Sequence record: NZ_CP041325.1 | Length of the DNA stretch: 64,000 nt | Source of the DNA: a plasmid | Strand: one strand, 5' to 3' | The notes under the pieces: model-generated | Database searches by the model: none | Told to the model about the DNA's origin: nothing | The model's input: the letters and a program-made list of their open reading frames with translations, nothing else | Position numbers and translations under genes: made by a program | Part shown: piece after piece, positions 33,011 to 44,409 of the stretch | Layout of the letters: every line of letters starts with the position of its first letter | How positions within the stretch are numbered: the stretch's first letter is position 1

Positions 33011-33603
33011 TCAGACATAGGTTTTTGAAAGTTGATCGAACAAGGTATCAGTCATCTGGATTGCAAGTTTCACTTGTCCTTCCAAATATGAACTATCGTA
33101 AAGGTTGATTCCCCAGAATAAGCCATTTCCAAGCAAGACAAACTGTTTGATAAGTCGATCAACATCGTTTGAATCGATAGAGGGATAATCTCTGTGCAAA
33201 GCATTTTCTAACGAGCCGATAAGCCAGTCGTTAAATTCCAGCATATATTGTTGAAGGTGCGTCTTAATCTCTGGAATCGGAGCTGTCACGAGCGAGATAT
33301 AAGAGGATGTCTCGATGTAATCCGAAGTGTGATGGTCAACGATTCCCTGGAGCATGGCAGAAAAAATTCGATCTACCGGTTCTTCCTGATGTTTCTCCAG
33401 CACACGACGCATGGCTTCATGGTGATTGTTTAAAATCTGTTGAAACATTTCAATAAACAAGGCTTCCTTGTTTTCGTAGAAAAAAGTAGATGGAAGCAGG
33501 CTTGATGCCGACTTCATCCGCTATCTTTCTCATCGTTGCTCCTTGATAACCATGCTTCGAATACAGAAGAAGTGCCGCTTTTAAAATTTCTTCCCGTGTC
33601 ATT
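33011..33603 (-). CDS. TetR-family transcriptional regulator, frameshifted near 33520
   Basis: The HTH 'MTREEILKAALLLYSKHGYQGATMRKIADEVGIKPASIYFF' lies in the frame upstream of the 168-aa C-terminal ORF. Confidence 0.7.
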
Positions 33604-34233
33604 TTTTCACCACCTAATAAGTGTTAGGTTGAAGTATAGTACGAAAAAAAGTATAAATCAACAAATTTTTTAGACAAATTCGAATTATTGTAATATTGGA
33701 ATTTACGAAAGGTTTTTATTCCTATACTAAAAAATTATGTTGTTTAAAAATTTTTAAGCTTTACTTAGCTAGTTAAACGAAAGAAAAGATGGAGGAAACT
33801 AGGTTTAAAAAGAATATAAATAGTCCTCATTCGTGAATAGAATTCCTATACTAAAAACCTTTTTTCGTCCTAACCCAAGGGAAAGAAGAAGAAAAGAAAT
33901 CAGAAATCACAAATGCACGTCTTTTTTAAGGAGAGGAGGGGTTAAGAAAGAAATTATAAAATTAATTGCCATAGCTTATGTTTTTAAAAGAGTGCTAGAA
34001 AATAAAATTTGCATCGAGAATTTTAATTGTTAATATAAAGGGGTGTTGGAGTGTTCCGAATTTTCTTTTCATTTGTTTTTTATTTTCTTGCTATAATACT
34101 TATTTTTTCTTTAAGAGCAGAAGAAAATTAAAGGAATGAGGTCTACGGAAGTAGTGCTGAAAAGCCTTCTAAAAAAGGAAATCGGCAAGTATGGAAATTA
34201 AATTTGTGAACTGTACTTAAATCATTTGAAGGA

Positions 34234-35181
34234 GTGGATTTTATGTCTCTAAAATACACAATGGAGATTATGGAAATACTGGATAACGCAAATGTTACTG
34301 GTGAAACGGTACAAAATATTTTTAAAGAATTTGAATACTGTGAAGCCAGTTATCAAACAATCCATGGCAACCAAGGCGCAACTGATTTTGTGAAAATCGT
34401 AATCAAGGGAACTGAGGGAAAGGTGAGCGGAGGAAATGCCCCTTCTTTAGGCATTATTGGGAGGTTAGGAGGCATAGGGGCACGTCCTTCCAAAATCGGG
34501 TTTGTTTCGGATGGTGATGGAGCTGTTGCAGCGATTACGTCTGCTTTGAAACTGGCGCATATGTCCGAGAACGATGACCGACTTCCAGGGGATGTTTATA
34601 TTACGACCCATGTTTGCCCCCATGCTCCAATAATCCCTCATGAACCTGTTGACTTCATGGGATCACCGGTAGACATTCTTACCATGAATAAATACGAAGT
34701 ACTGCCTGAAATGGAAGCTATTCTGTCCATTGATACGACAAAAGGAAATAAAGTGATTAATCATAAAGGAATCGCTATTTCTCCAACGGTAAAGTCCGGA
34801 TATATTTTGAAGTTCAGCGAAGACTTGCTGCGAATTATGGAAGTGACTACAGGAGAGCTGCCGGTGACATTTGCTATTACAACACAGGATATCACCCCTT
34901 ATGGGAATGACGTATATCACCTCAACAGCATTCTTCAACCGGCTGTCGCTACACAGTCGCCTGTGGTAGGGGTTGCCATAACCGCCAAATCGGCAGTTCC
35001 TGGATCAGGGACAGGTGCCAGCCACGAAGTCGATATTGCGCAAGCGGTGCGGTTTAGTATCGAAGTCGCGAAAGAATTTACGCAACGCCAACTTAGTTTC
35101 TATGACCAAAAAGAATTCGAGCATCTGACGGATTTGTATGGCTCGCTTGAACATTTCCAAACAATGGGGAAAGAAAGTTAA
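34234..35181 (+). CDS. DUF1177-family protein
   Basis: 315 aa. Usually found with M24 peptidases and hydantoinase clusters. Confidence 0.5.
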   Translation: MDFMSLKYTMEIMEILDNANVTGETVQNIFKEFEYCEASYQTIHGNQGATDFVKIVIKGTEGKVSGGNAPSLGIIGRLGGIGARPSKIGFVSDGDGAVAAITSALKLAHMSENDDRLPGDVYITTHVCPHAPIIPHEPVDFMGSPVDILTMNKYEVLPEMEAILSIDTTKGNKVINHKGIAISPTVKSGYILKFSEDLLRIMEVTTGELPVTFAITTQDITPYGNDVYHLNSILQPAVATQSPVVGVAITAKSAVPGSGTGASHEVDIAQAVRFSIEVAKEFTQRQLSFYDQKEFEHLTDLYGSLEHFQTMGKES

Positions 35182-35321
35182 TGAAAAGCTGCAGGTCAAT
35201 AAACTCATATCTTTGACCAGCCGAAGCTCTCAATGCTAAGCGGTTGTCCCAAAGAGGAAACCTTTTCTTCAGTAAGTTGAAAATGCAGGATTCCGAAGAA
35301 GAAGAAGGAGGTATTATATAT

Positions 35322-36407
35322 GTTTGAAGCACGGAAGAAAAAAGCTGGTGCAGGTATTAAAGAAAAAATGAGATAGGGGCTATTGTTCTCGTACCGGGAC
35401 CGAACCTGTATTATTTTACAGGGTTAAAACTCAAACAAAGTGAACGGTTGACGTTGGCAGTTATAACGCAAGAAGCTGAAACATTTTTTGTTTCACCTCA
35501 AGTAGAACTGAGCAAGGTCGAGGAAACAGTAAACGACGATATTTTTTGGTATACCGACGAAGAAGGACCAAGTGGTGCCTTGTCCCAGTTAAAAAAAAGC
35601 AGTGGGAACGCTTGGTATTATCGGGGTCGAATATGATCAAATGAGAGTGATGGAGTTGAAGGCCGTAGAAGCTTTTGAAGCAGCGGTTGTGGATGGAAAT
35701 GGGCTGATTAATAACTTAAGGATCTGTAAAGATGAACAGGAAATTGAGCAATTGCAACAGGCTGTCAACATCTTGGAATCAAGTTTTGAAGCAGTGCTTC
35801 CATATATCAAACCCGGAGTAACGGAAGTTGAAATTGCGGCTCAATTGGAGTTTGAGATGAGAAAGAGAGGTTCTGAAGGAACACCATTTGGAACAATTGT
35901 TGCTTCTGGTGACAGAGGGCCAGTCCTCATGGACGTGCTAGCGAAAAGAAAATTCGTTCGGGAGAACTCGTTGTTATGGATTTTGGTGCCATTGTTAATG
36001 GATATGTAGGAGATATTTGCAGGACTGTCGCCATAGGAACCGTTTCAACAGAGCTAAAAGAAATCTATGAAATAGTACAACTGGCGCAACAGACAGCTCT
36101 CGATAGCGTCAAACCCGGCGTGACAGCTCATGAAGTTGACCAAGCTGCGCGCGAAGTCATTGAGAGCCATGGTTATGGAGAATATTTCACTCATCGTACG
36201 GGGCATGGACTGGGTTTGAATTCTCACGAAATGCCTTATCTCATGAAGAACAATGAAATGGTGCTTCTACCGGGAATGGCTTTTTCAGTAGAACCGGGTA
36301 TTTATCTCCCGGACAAAGTGGGAGTGCGAATCGAGGATAATCTTATTATTACAGAGGATGGCTTTATCAACCTGATGTCGTTGCCAAAAGAGCTTCTGAC
36401 TGTATAG
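35322..36407 (+). CDS. M24-family Xaa-Pro peptidase (PepP/PepQ-like), three frame changes in A-runs
   Basis: 'ASGDRG...EKKIRSGELVVMDFGA...GYVGDICRTVAIG...HRTGHGLGLNSHE' catalytic motifs, split over frames 35322, 35448, 35602 and 35976. Confidence 0.8.
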
Positions 36408-36421
36408 AGAGGGGTGCTGGT

Positions 36422-37648
36422 TTGGATACTGAGCAAAGCAGACAAGAGGGCGTTCTTCCGGGAGGGTATTCTTATATCAATTCAGCGGCGGCTTCTCCTC
36501 CTCCTCAGCAAGTGGTCGACGCGATGGTGGACTATTTGCAAAAAACAGTGGACGTCGGACCGTATTTGCCGGCGTTCAGAAGCGAGGTTTACCGAAAAAT
36601 CGATGAAACAAGAGAAAAAGCTGGAAGATTTCTTGGGGCAGATGCATCAGAAATTGCTTTTGTAAAAAATGGGACTGAAGGAATTAATTTTGTTGCTAAT
36701 GGCCTTTCCTGGAAGGAAGGCGATGAAATCATATTGGCCGACATTGAATTTCATAGCAATTTTACGCCTTGGCTGAAATTGAAGGATAAAGAAAAAGTGA
36801 CCTTGAAAATTATCGAGACCGATCGATCGGGTGTAATCGATGTACAGCAGATTGAAAAAGAAATCACCGATCAAACCAAGCTGATAACGGTATCGCATTT
36901 GCCGAATGCTTCCGGAGCATTGCAAAAAATTGAGAGGATATGCAACGTGGCACGGAAGCATCAGGTGTTGACGCTCATTAATGCTTCCCAGACTTTAGGG
37001 TTGATTCCTATCAATGTGAAAGAGTTGGATTGTGATTTTTTGACCGGGTGCGGAAGAAAGTGGCTAAGAGGTCCGGAAGGCTCGGGACTTTTATATGTTA
37101 GAAAATCGCTAGTGGAATCGATCGAGCCTACTATTACGGGATGGGGAGGGACCGATTGGGATTTTGAAACAAATGAGTATCGTTACATCCCAACGGCCAA
37201 AAGACTGGAAGCCGGATGCCCAATTGTTCCATCTATACTTGGACTAAATGCTGCAATCGATTATGCACAAGGGATCGGGGTAGAAAGCATACGGAAAAAA
37301 GTAGAAGCACTAACTCGTTATGCAGTGGCTCAACTTTCTTCAATTCAGGGCATCTCCATTTACGGACCAGAGGACATCGAAAATCGACTGGCAATTATTC
37401 CATTCAATGTTGCCGGCCTCCATCCTGATGAAATCACAAATTATTTAGAGGACCATAAAGTCATCATTGAATCGGGTACTTTTATGGCGAACAAGCTGCT
37501 TCAACAATATGGTATTGATAAAATGGCAAGATTGTCTCCCCATTACTTTAATACAGAAGAAGATATCGATTTGGTGATTTCCCTTATAAAGTCTTTACAA
37601 AAGAAAAAGAAAAAACTAGCGTTATTCGGTGAATTAAAATCAAAATGA
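36422..37648 (+). CDS. Class V aminotransferase (cysteine desulfurase/epimerase-like, PLP-dependent)
   Basis: 408-aa ORF with 'TVSHLPNASG', 'NASQTLG' and a lysine-region fold. Confidence 0.75.
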   Translation: MDTEQSRQEGVLPGGYSYINSAAASPPPQQVVDAMVDYLQKTVDVGPYLPAFRSEVYRKIDETREKAGRFLGADASEIAFVKNGTEGINFVANGLSWKEGDEIILADIEFHSNFTPWLKLKDKEKVTLKIIETDRSGVIDVQQIEKEITDQTKLITVSHLPNASGALQKIERICNVARKHQVLTLINASQTLGLIPINVKELDCDFLTGCGRKWLRGPEGSGLLYVRKSLVESIEPTITGWGGTDWDFETNEYRYIPTAKRLEAGCPIVPSILGLNAAIDYAQGIGVESIRKKVEALTRYAVAQLSSIQGISIYGPEDIENRLAIIPFNVAGLHPDEITNYLEDHKVIIESGTFMANKLLQQYGIDKMARLSPHYFNTEEDIDLVISLIKSLQKKKKKLALFGELKSK

Positions 37649-37889
37649 ACGATGAGAATAAGCTGCCAGAACCTGAATGCTACAGGGTACTGGTAAGCTT
37701 ATTTTTTTGGACAAGTATAAGTTGTTGATCTTACTCTTTAAAAACGCCTTTGCTTATTAAGCAGCATACAGGAGCCAAGGTATAAGCTTGCCAACGAATA
37801 GTATTGACAGTTTCGAATTGTTAAAATATTATAAACCTAATTAAGAACCAGTGGTTCTATTATAGAACCACAAGAAAGGGTGCAACTTC

Positions 37890-39938
37890 ATGAGGATTGC
37901 GACAGATATCGGAGGAACTTTTACAGATTTAGTATACGTAGACGATAACGGTGAATTTGGATATGCGAAATCCCATACGACCCCACCTCAGTTTGAAAAT
38001 GGGGTAATTGACGTCATCAAAAAGAGCAAAGTGACCGTTGATGGGATTGATATGTTTATCCATGGCTCAACAGTCGTAATCAATGCGTTAACTGAAAGAA
38101 AAGGTGTAAAAGTAGGGTTGCTTACGACAAAGGGTACGAAAGATGTCTTAGAAATTGCCCGGGGAAACCGTCCGGATTTATATAACTTCAAATATCAAAA
38201 GCCTGAAGCCTTTGTTGAGAGGCATCTACGTTTTGAAGTGGAAGAGCGACTGGATTACAAAGGAAATGTTATTACGCCATTAGTTCAAGCGGATATTGAA
38301 AGAGCGATTGATTATTTTAAAAAAGAACAGGTAGAAGCCATAGCGGTCTGCTATTTGCATTCTTACTTGAATACCGAGCATGAGCGAAAAACAGCTGAAA
38401 TCATTAAAGGTCTCTGGCCGCAAGTGTCTGTCAGTGTTTCGAGTGATATCACTAAAGAATGGCGTGAGTATGAAAGAACGAATACGACGGTTCTTAATGC
38501 ATATGTAAAACCGACAGCCAACTCCTATATCGACAAGTTATCCAATAAGCTGAGTGAATTTGATATCAAAGATAATCGCTATATCATGCAATCCAATGGC
38601 GGGGTTACCACGTTCGATAATGCTAAAAACATACCGATCAACATGGTGGAATCAGGACCAGTGGCGGGGATTTTCGGCGCGGCGATCCTTGGGAAAATGA
38701 TTGGGGAAGAAAATATCATCGCCTTTGATATTGGAGGAACAACAGCAAAATGTTCATTGATTAATCAAGGTGAAGTGAAAGTGACAACAGACTATTATAT
38801 CGAGAAGTCCGAAAAAACAGCGGGGTATCCCATTAAAGTCCCTGTTGTCGACATCGTCGAAATTGGGAATGGCGGAGGTTCGATTGCTTGGATTGATGAA
38901 TTAAACTCGTTGAAAGTTGGTCCGGAATCGGCCGGAGCATTGCCTGGCCCTGTCGCCTATGGGCAGGGAGGGACACAACCTACTACAACAGACGCAAATT
39001 TGTTTGTTGGGCGCCTCTCTGAAAAGAATTTCGATTATAAAGTTGATATGGAGCAAGTCAAAGCTGCCATTGATAAAAGTGTAGCGAAGCCTTTTGAAAC
39101 GACTACGGAAGACGGCGCACTGGGAATCATTGACATTGCCAATTCCAATATGCTGAATGCTTTAAAACTCATCTCCGTAAGAAAAGGGTACGATCCGCAG
39201 GACTTTACACTGTTGGCATTTGGCGGGGGAGGGCCGATGCATGCAGCCGAACTCGCAAGGGATCTCGGAGTGAAAAAAGTGATTATCCCAGTCTCTCCTT
39301 CTGTATTCTCTGCTTGGGGAATGCTGATGACGGATTTACGGCATGACTATATCCATACGTACATCAAATTATTAAACACCATGGATTTGGCAGAGATGAA
39401 TGGCAAATGGCAGGAGATGGAACAGAATTCCATAGAGCAGTTCAGGAAAGAAAATGTAAGCAAGGAGAAGATTGTCTTTAATCGCTTTGCAGACTTACGT
39501 TATATCGGTCAAGAGCATACGGTGAAAGTGCCGGTACCAACTGATGAGTGGGACGAGCTAGACATCGTAAAGGTCATGGAACAATTCCACAATATGCATG
39601 AGCAGGTGTACTCCTTTAACTTGCCGGAAAGTGCAGTTGAAATTGTAAACTTGCATCTGACTAGTTTTGGCATCGTGGATAAACCGGCTATTTCAGAAAT
39701 GAAAGAGAGCGGAGCAGCTGTATCTGAAGCAAAAATCGAAGAACGCAATGTCTATTTTCATCAAATTGGCTGGTATAAGACCCCAATATATGACCGAGCG
39801 AAATTGGCTAGAGGACATGAAATAGAGGGGCCGGCCATTATCGAAGAACAATCCGCTTCTACGGTCCTCATGGAAGGACAAAAATTGTCGGTTGATGCTT
39901 TTGGGAATTTGATTATTGAAACTGGGGTGGAATCATGA
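37890..39938 (+). CDS. hyuA: Hydantoinase A / N-methylhydantoinase A / 5-oxoprolinase subunit A
   Basis: 682 aa, 'MRIATDIGGTFTDLVYVD'. Confidence 0.9.
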   Translation: MRIATDIGGTFTDLVYVDDNGEFGYAKSHTTPPQFENGVIDVIKKSKVTVDGIDMFIHGSTVVINALTERKGVKVGLLTTKGTKDVLEIARGNRPDLYNFKYQKPEAFVERHLRFEVEERLDYKGNVITPLVQADIERAIDYFKKEQVEAIAVCYLHSYLNTEHERKTAEIIKGLWPQVSVSVSSDITKEWREYERTNTTVLNAYVKPTANSYIDKLSNKLSEFDIKDNRYIMQSNGGVTTFDNAKNIPINMVESGPVAGIFGAAILGKMIGEENIIAFDIGGTTAKCSLINQGEVKVTTDYYIEKSEKTAGYPIKVPVVDIVEIGNGGGSIAWIDELNSLKVGPESAGALPGPVAYGQGGTQPTTTDANLFVGRLSEKNFDYKVDMEQVKAAIDKSVAKPFETTTEDGALGIIDIANSNMLNALKLISVRKGYDPQDFTLLAFGGGGPMHAAELARDLGVKKVIIPVSPSVFSAWGMLMTDLRHDYIHTYIKLLNTMDLAEMNGKWQEMEQNSIEQFRKENVSKEKIVFNRFADLRYIGQEHTVKVPVPTDEWDELDIVKVMEQFHNMHEQVYSFNLPESAVEIVNLHLTSFGIVDKPAISEMKESGAAVSEAKIEERNVYFHQIGWYKTPIYDRAKLARGHEIEGPAIIEEQSASTVLMEGQKLSVDAFGNLIIETGVES

Positions 39939-41656
39939 ACAGTAATCCGTTTGCGGTAGAGGTAATTAAAGACTCGCTTTTATCCATAGGGGAAGAAATG
40001 TTTATCGCGTTGGCAAGAACCTCTATGAGTCCAATGTTTTACGAGGTATTGGATTATGCGTGCGGGTTAACAGATGCAAAAGGAAACTTGATTAGCCAAG
40101 GGAATGGGGTTACAAGTTTTATTGGCATGTTGAGCCCCATGGTTCAGCACGTATTAAACAAATACGACAACGGAAATAAACTGGCAGAAGGCGATATTAT
40201 TATCATCAATGATCCTTATGTAGGGGGAGGATCGCATTTATCCGACGTCGGTCTCGTGATGCCTATCTTTTATGAAGGTGAACTTATCGCTTTTTCAGCG
40301 AACAAAGGACATTGGACAGAAATAGGCGGGAAAGATCCAGGCTCTTTTACTAACAGTTCGACAGAGATTTATCAAGAAGGCTTGCAACTGCCGGGGATAA
40401 AACTTTTTGATGCCGGTAAAGTCAATGAAGGCATGGTGGAATTAATTGCGATAAATGTTCGGTTGCCTCAATTGTCTCTCGGTGATATGTGGGCGCAAGT
40501 AGCCGCACTTCGAACAGGCGACAAAAGGCTAAAAGAACTGTGTTCAAAGTATGGGGAAAACACGGTTGTCTCCACAATGGATAATCTCATCGAACAAGCG
40601 GAAAGATATTCATTAAGGGAATTGAAAAAACTGCCGCAAGGAACTTTTGAAGCACAGGATTTCATCGAAGGAGATCCATCAAAAGGGGGGCCATATCCGA
40701 TAAAAGTAAAAGTTACAATCACGGAAGATGAGTTTATTTGTGATTTTAGAGGCTCCCATGAACAAGTCATGAATCCAGTGAATTGTTCTTATTATGGATT
40801 ATTGTCCAGTGTACGAGTAATGTTTTTGGCAATTATCCGGCCAAACTTCAATGTGAATGAAGGACTGTTTAAGCCTTTAAAAATCATCACGGATAAAAAC
40901 TCAATCGTTTCAGCGACAAGGCCTTCACCGGTATCCATGAATTTTGAAGCAAGAATTGGCGGCGCAGAGCTGATTTGGAAAGCATTAGCTCCATTGCTTC
41001 CTGATCGTTTGACCGCTGGTCATCTATTGTCAGTTTGTTCGTTTCTACTGTCTGGAAAACATTCCGAAACGGAAGAACCATTCCTCATTGTTGAACCAAC
41101 TTTAGGGGGCTGGGGAGCTGGTGAAAATCAAGATGGACAACGAGGACAATTTTGTATGGGAAATGGCGAAACTTATAATATGCCAATCGAAATCGCTGAA
41201 GCCCGATATGGTGTAAGAGTGGAAAATTACCGGCTTCGATGCGACGGAGCTGGAGCGGGACAGTATATTGGCGGCTCAGGTGTCATCCGAGCCTATAAAA
41301 CGTTAAGTGAAGGTCAAGAAATGACAGCTAGTTTTGGAAGACATCAGTTCCAACCTTGGGGAATGAATGAAGGGGAAAACGGATCCTCCAGCTATATAAG
41401 AATCATAAAAGAAAATGGGGAGGTCCTTGGACCGTTTGGTGTCTCTTCCCGGTTGAAATTAGACGAAGGCGATACAGTTGAACTCGTTACGGCAACAGGC
41501 GGAGGATATGGAAATCCGGCGGAACGGGACGAATTACTCGTATTGCAAGATGTGAAAAATGGTTACATTACAGCTGAACAAGCCAAGGAAAAGTACGGAG
41601 TTATTATAAGTGAAGACCTTGATGGCATAGCGGGTTATACGGAGTTGCGCCAGTAA
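39935..41656 (+). CDS. hyuB: Hydantoinase B / N-methylhydantoinase B / 5-oxoprolinase subunit B
   Basis: 573 aa. Its start overlaps the hyuA stop (ATGA). Confidence 0.9.
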   Translation: MNSNPFAVEVIKDSLLSIGEEMFIALARTSMSPMFYEVLDYACGLTDAKGNLISQGNGVTSFIGMLSPMVQHVLNKYDNGNKLAEGDIIIINDPYVGGGSHLSDVGLVMPIFYEGELIAFSANKGHWTEIGGKDPGSFTNSSTEIYQEGLQLPGIKLFDAGKVNEGMVELIAINVRLPQLSLGDMWAQVAALRTGDKRLKELCSKYGENTVVSTMDNLIEQAERYSLRELKKLPQGTFEAQDFIEGDPSKGGPYPIKVKVTITEDEFICDFRGSHEQVMNPVNCSYYGLLSSVRVMFLAIIRPNFNVNEGLFKPLKIITDKNSIVSATRPSPVSMNFEARIGGAELIWKALAPLLPDRLTAGHLLSVCSFLLSGKHSETEEPFLIVEPTLGGWGAGENQDGQRGQFCMGNGETYNMPIEIAEARYGVRVENYRLRCDGAGAGQYIGGSGVIRAYKTLSEGQEMTASFGRHQFQPWGMNEGENGSSSYIRIIKENGEVLGPFGVSSRLKLDEGDTVELVTATGGGYGNPAERDELLVLQDVKNGYITAEQAKEKYGVIISEDLDGIAGYTELRQ

Positions 41657-41679
41657 TACAGGATGAAAGAGGTAGAAGG

Positions 41680-42445
41680 ATGACTTTGAAAACCTTAGAA
41701 AATGCATTGGATATGCTATCTTACTTCACCACGGATAATCCGGAATGGGGATTAAGGGATTTAGCACGTGAAATGGAAATTAATCATACCGTATTGCATC
41801 GGATACTAAAAACCTACGAGAAAAAAGGATACATCATTCAAAAATAAAAAAACGAAAAACTATGAGTTGGGCTTGAAGTTTTTGGAGTTTACGAGCGTAA
41901 TCAAACACAAAATGAAATTATCCGAATTCATTCAGCCAGTCATGAAAGAACTAGCAAGTGCGATTAATGAAACCGTCTTTCTGACGTTGCAGGATGGAGA
42001 TTATGGCGTAACGGTTGAGATTGCTGAATATGAACAACAGCTTAAATTCAATGTCACAATTGGGAGCCGAACACCGCTGTATGTAGGTGCTTCCTGCAAG
42101 ACGATTATGGCTTATCTGCCAGAAGAAGAACAGCTTGAAATCATAAACAAAGGCATAAAAGTTTTTACGGATAAAACGATGACGGATAAAGAAAAATTGT
42201 TAGCGGATTTAAAGGATATTAAAGAAAAGGGCTGGAGTTATACAAGAGGCGAGTACTCGGAAGCTGTTTTTGGCATGGGAGTCCCGCTATTTAACACATC
42301 TGGAAGAATCATCGGATCCGTAACCGCAGCAGGTCCCATTTATCGAATGTCTGAAGAAAAGGCTACAGAAACCTTGGCAATTCTAAAGGAAAAAACGAGC
42401 ATTATCCAGCAATACTTCAATAAGTTCGGTAACTTATACAATTAA
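41680..42445 (+). CDS. IclR-family transcriptional regulator, frameshifted at an A-run near 41845
   Basis: HTH 'LRDLAREMEINHTVLHRILKTYEKKGYI' in the upstream frame. The IclR effector domain is the 192-aa ORF. Confidence 0.75.
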
Positions 42446-42472
42446 AAAATACGTTATTCGAGGAGACTTTAT

Positions 42473-43971
42473 ATGGCAAATAACCCCCGAACTGAAGAAA
42501 AACATCCTACGATATTCAATCCAGCCATCTTAATTGTCATTGTATTAATGGCAGTAATTGGCGCTATGATTGGTGTTCAATTGATCACTACTTTAGGGAT
42601 TTCTGCAAATACATCGATTGTTGGAGCAGTCTTTGCAATGATCTTAGCGCGAATTCCCTTAAGATACTTGGTTAAATTCAAATCCATTCATAGTCAAAAC
42701 CTTGTACAGACATCAATCTCTGCAGCGACTTTTGGGGCAGCAAGCAGTTTGATGTTGCCGATAGGTATACCGTATGTGCTGGATATGCCGCATTTGATTA
42801 CGCCATTGTTTATTGGTGTAACGCTTGCAATGCTGGTAGATGCCGTTCTCCTTTACAAGATGTTCGATACAAAGGTTTTCCCGGCAAAGGTGCATGGCCG
42901 CCCGGCATTGCTACTGCTGAAGCGATTAAAGCAGGAGATGAAGGCGGAAGCCGAGCCAAATACTTACTGACTGGTATTGGAATTGGTATTGTTGGAGCAC
43001 TGTTGAAAATTCCGATGTCGGCTTTTGGCGTTGCGTTTATCGGGAATATCTGGGCACTTACTATGTTCGGTATTGGACTTTTATTAAGAGGGTATTCGGT
43101 TCCGCTATTTGGGATTGATATCAATGAATTGTATATTCCTCATGGTTTCATGATTGGTGCGGGTATCGTCGCATTGGTACAAGTAATAGTGTTGATTTTC
43201 AATAAAAAGAAGAAAGAGAACGTCCAGGAAGAGGAATTCTCAAAATCCAATAAAGAGCTGGGACAAGCTTTTGGCCTTGGATTTATTGCATACACAGCTA
43301 TAGCCATTCTATTGGCGGTAATGGGCGGATTATACACCGATATGTCAATTGGAATGCTGATTGGCTTCATCTTTTTCGCCATGTTAGCTGCATTTGCCCA
43401 CGAATTGATTGTAGGGATTGCGGCTATGCACGCTGGATGGTTCCCAGCTTTTGCTGTTGCCCTTATTACATTAATCATTGGGATCTTAATTGGATTCCCG
43501 GCAGAAGCTCTGGCATTGTTAGTTGGATTTAGTGCATGTACGGGTGTGGCCTTTGCTGATATGGGTTATGACTTGAAAACGGGTTATATTCTTCGAGGGA
43601 ACGGGAAAGATATGGAGTTTGAAAGAATGGGACGTCGGAATCAGCTTTTTGCAGGTTTTGTTGGTTTCATTGTTGCGGCTGTGGTCGTTTTGCTTTCATT
43701 CGAGGCTTACTTTTCTCAGGGCTTAATCCCTCCGGTGGATCTTGTCTACGCAGCGACAATAGAATCCGGCATTTCCAATGGTATAGCCACGCAATTGGTA
43801 CTTTGGGCAATCCCAGGCGCTATACTCCAGCTTCTCGGAGGTTCGAAAAGACAAATGGGAATTCTGTTTGCTACGGGTCTACTCCTATTAACACCTATTG
43901 CAGGTTGGGCTGTACTGACAGGTATTGTTTTGCGAATCATTATTATGAAAAAAAGGCAAAGGGAAATATGA
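42473..43971 (+). CDS. OPT-family oligopeptide transporter, frameshifted near 42885
   Basis: Polytopic. The consensus 'AWPPGIATAEAIKAGDEGG' is recovered in the alternate frame. Confidence 0.65.
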
Positions 43972-44109
43972 GCAACAAATGACCATCACTGCTGCTGGTA
44001 TTATTGCAGGAGATGCAATATATAGTTTTATGAACTCAATTCTAAAAGCTGGAAAATAATAAGCTTCTGGTTACTAGTTTATTATTTAAGTTTAATCTAT
44101 ATAAAAAAT

Positions 44110-44130
44110 ACCGCCATTGGGCGGTTTTTT
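44110..44130. terminator. Bidirectional rho-independent terminator
   Basis: ACCGCC-ATTG-GGCGGT followed by TTTTTTT, between convergent genes. Confidence 0.6.
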
Positions 44131-44181
44131 TGTTGTTACAAAGAATTAAGCCTGAGAATTGCTAAAGTTTTTATAAAAGAT

Positions 44182-44409
44182 TCAATCTTCCCAGAGCTCC
44201 TCCATCAGCTTTTCAATTTCTTTTCTCCGCTTCTCTGTCTCGTCTTTCAGGATGGTCGCCTGTTCATCCTTGATTTCGACGAAGTCACCAGGCTTAGCAT
44301 TCTCAGGGAAGATGCTTTTCTTGAAATCCTGGGGCTCTCCATTAACTTCGACCACAGCGATATCCTCCTCGAACCGGTCAATAATCCCTTTGATGATCTC
44401 CATGGTCAT
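44182..44409 (-). CDS. DUF3006-family protein
   Basis: 75 aa. A frequent partner of secreted MBL hydrolases. Confidence 0.6.
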   Translation of the reverse strand: MTMEIIKGIIDRFEEDIAVVEVNGEPQDFKKSIFPENAKPGDFVEIKDEQATILKDETEKRRKEIEKLMEELWED

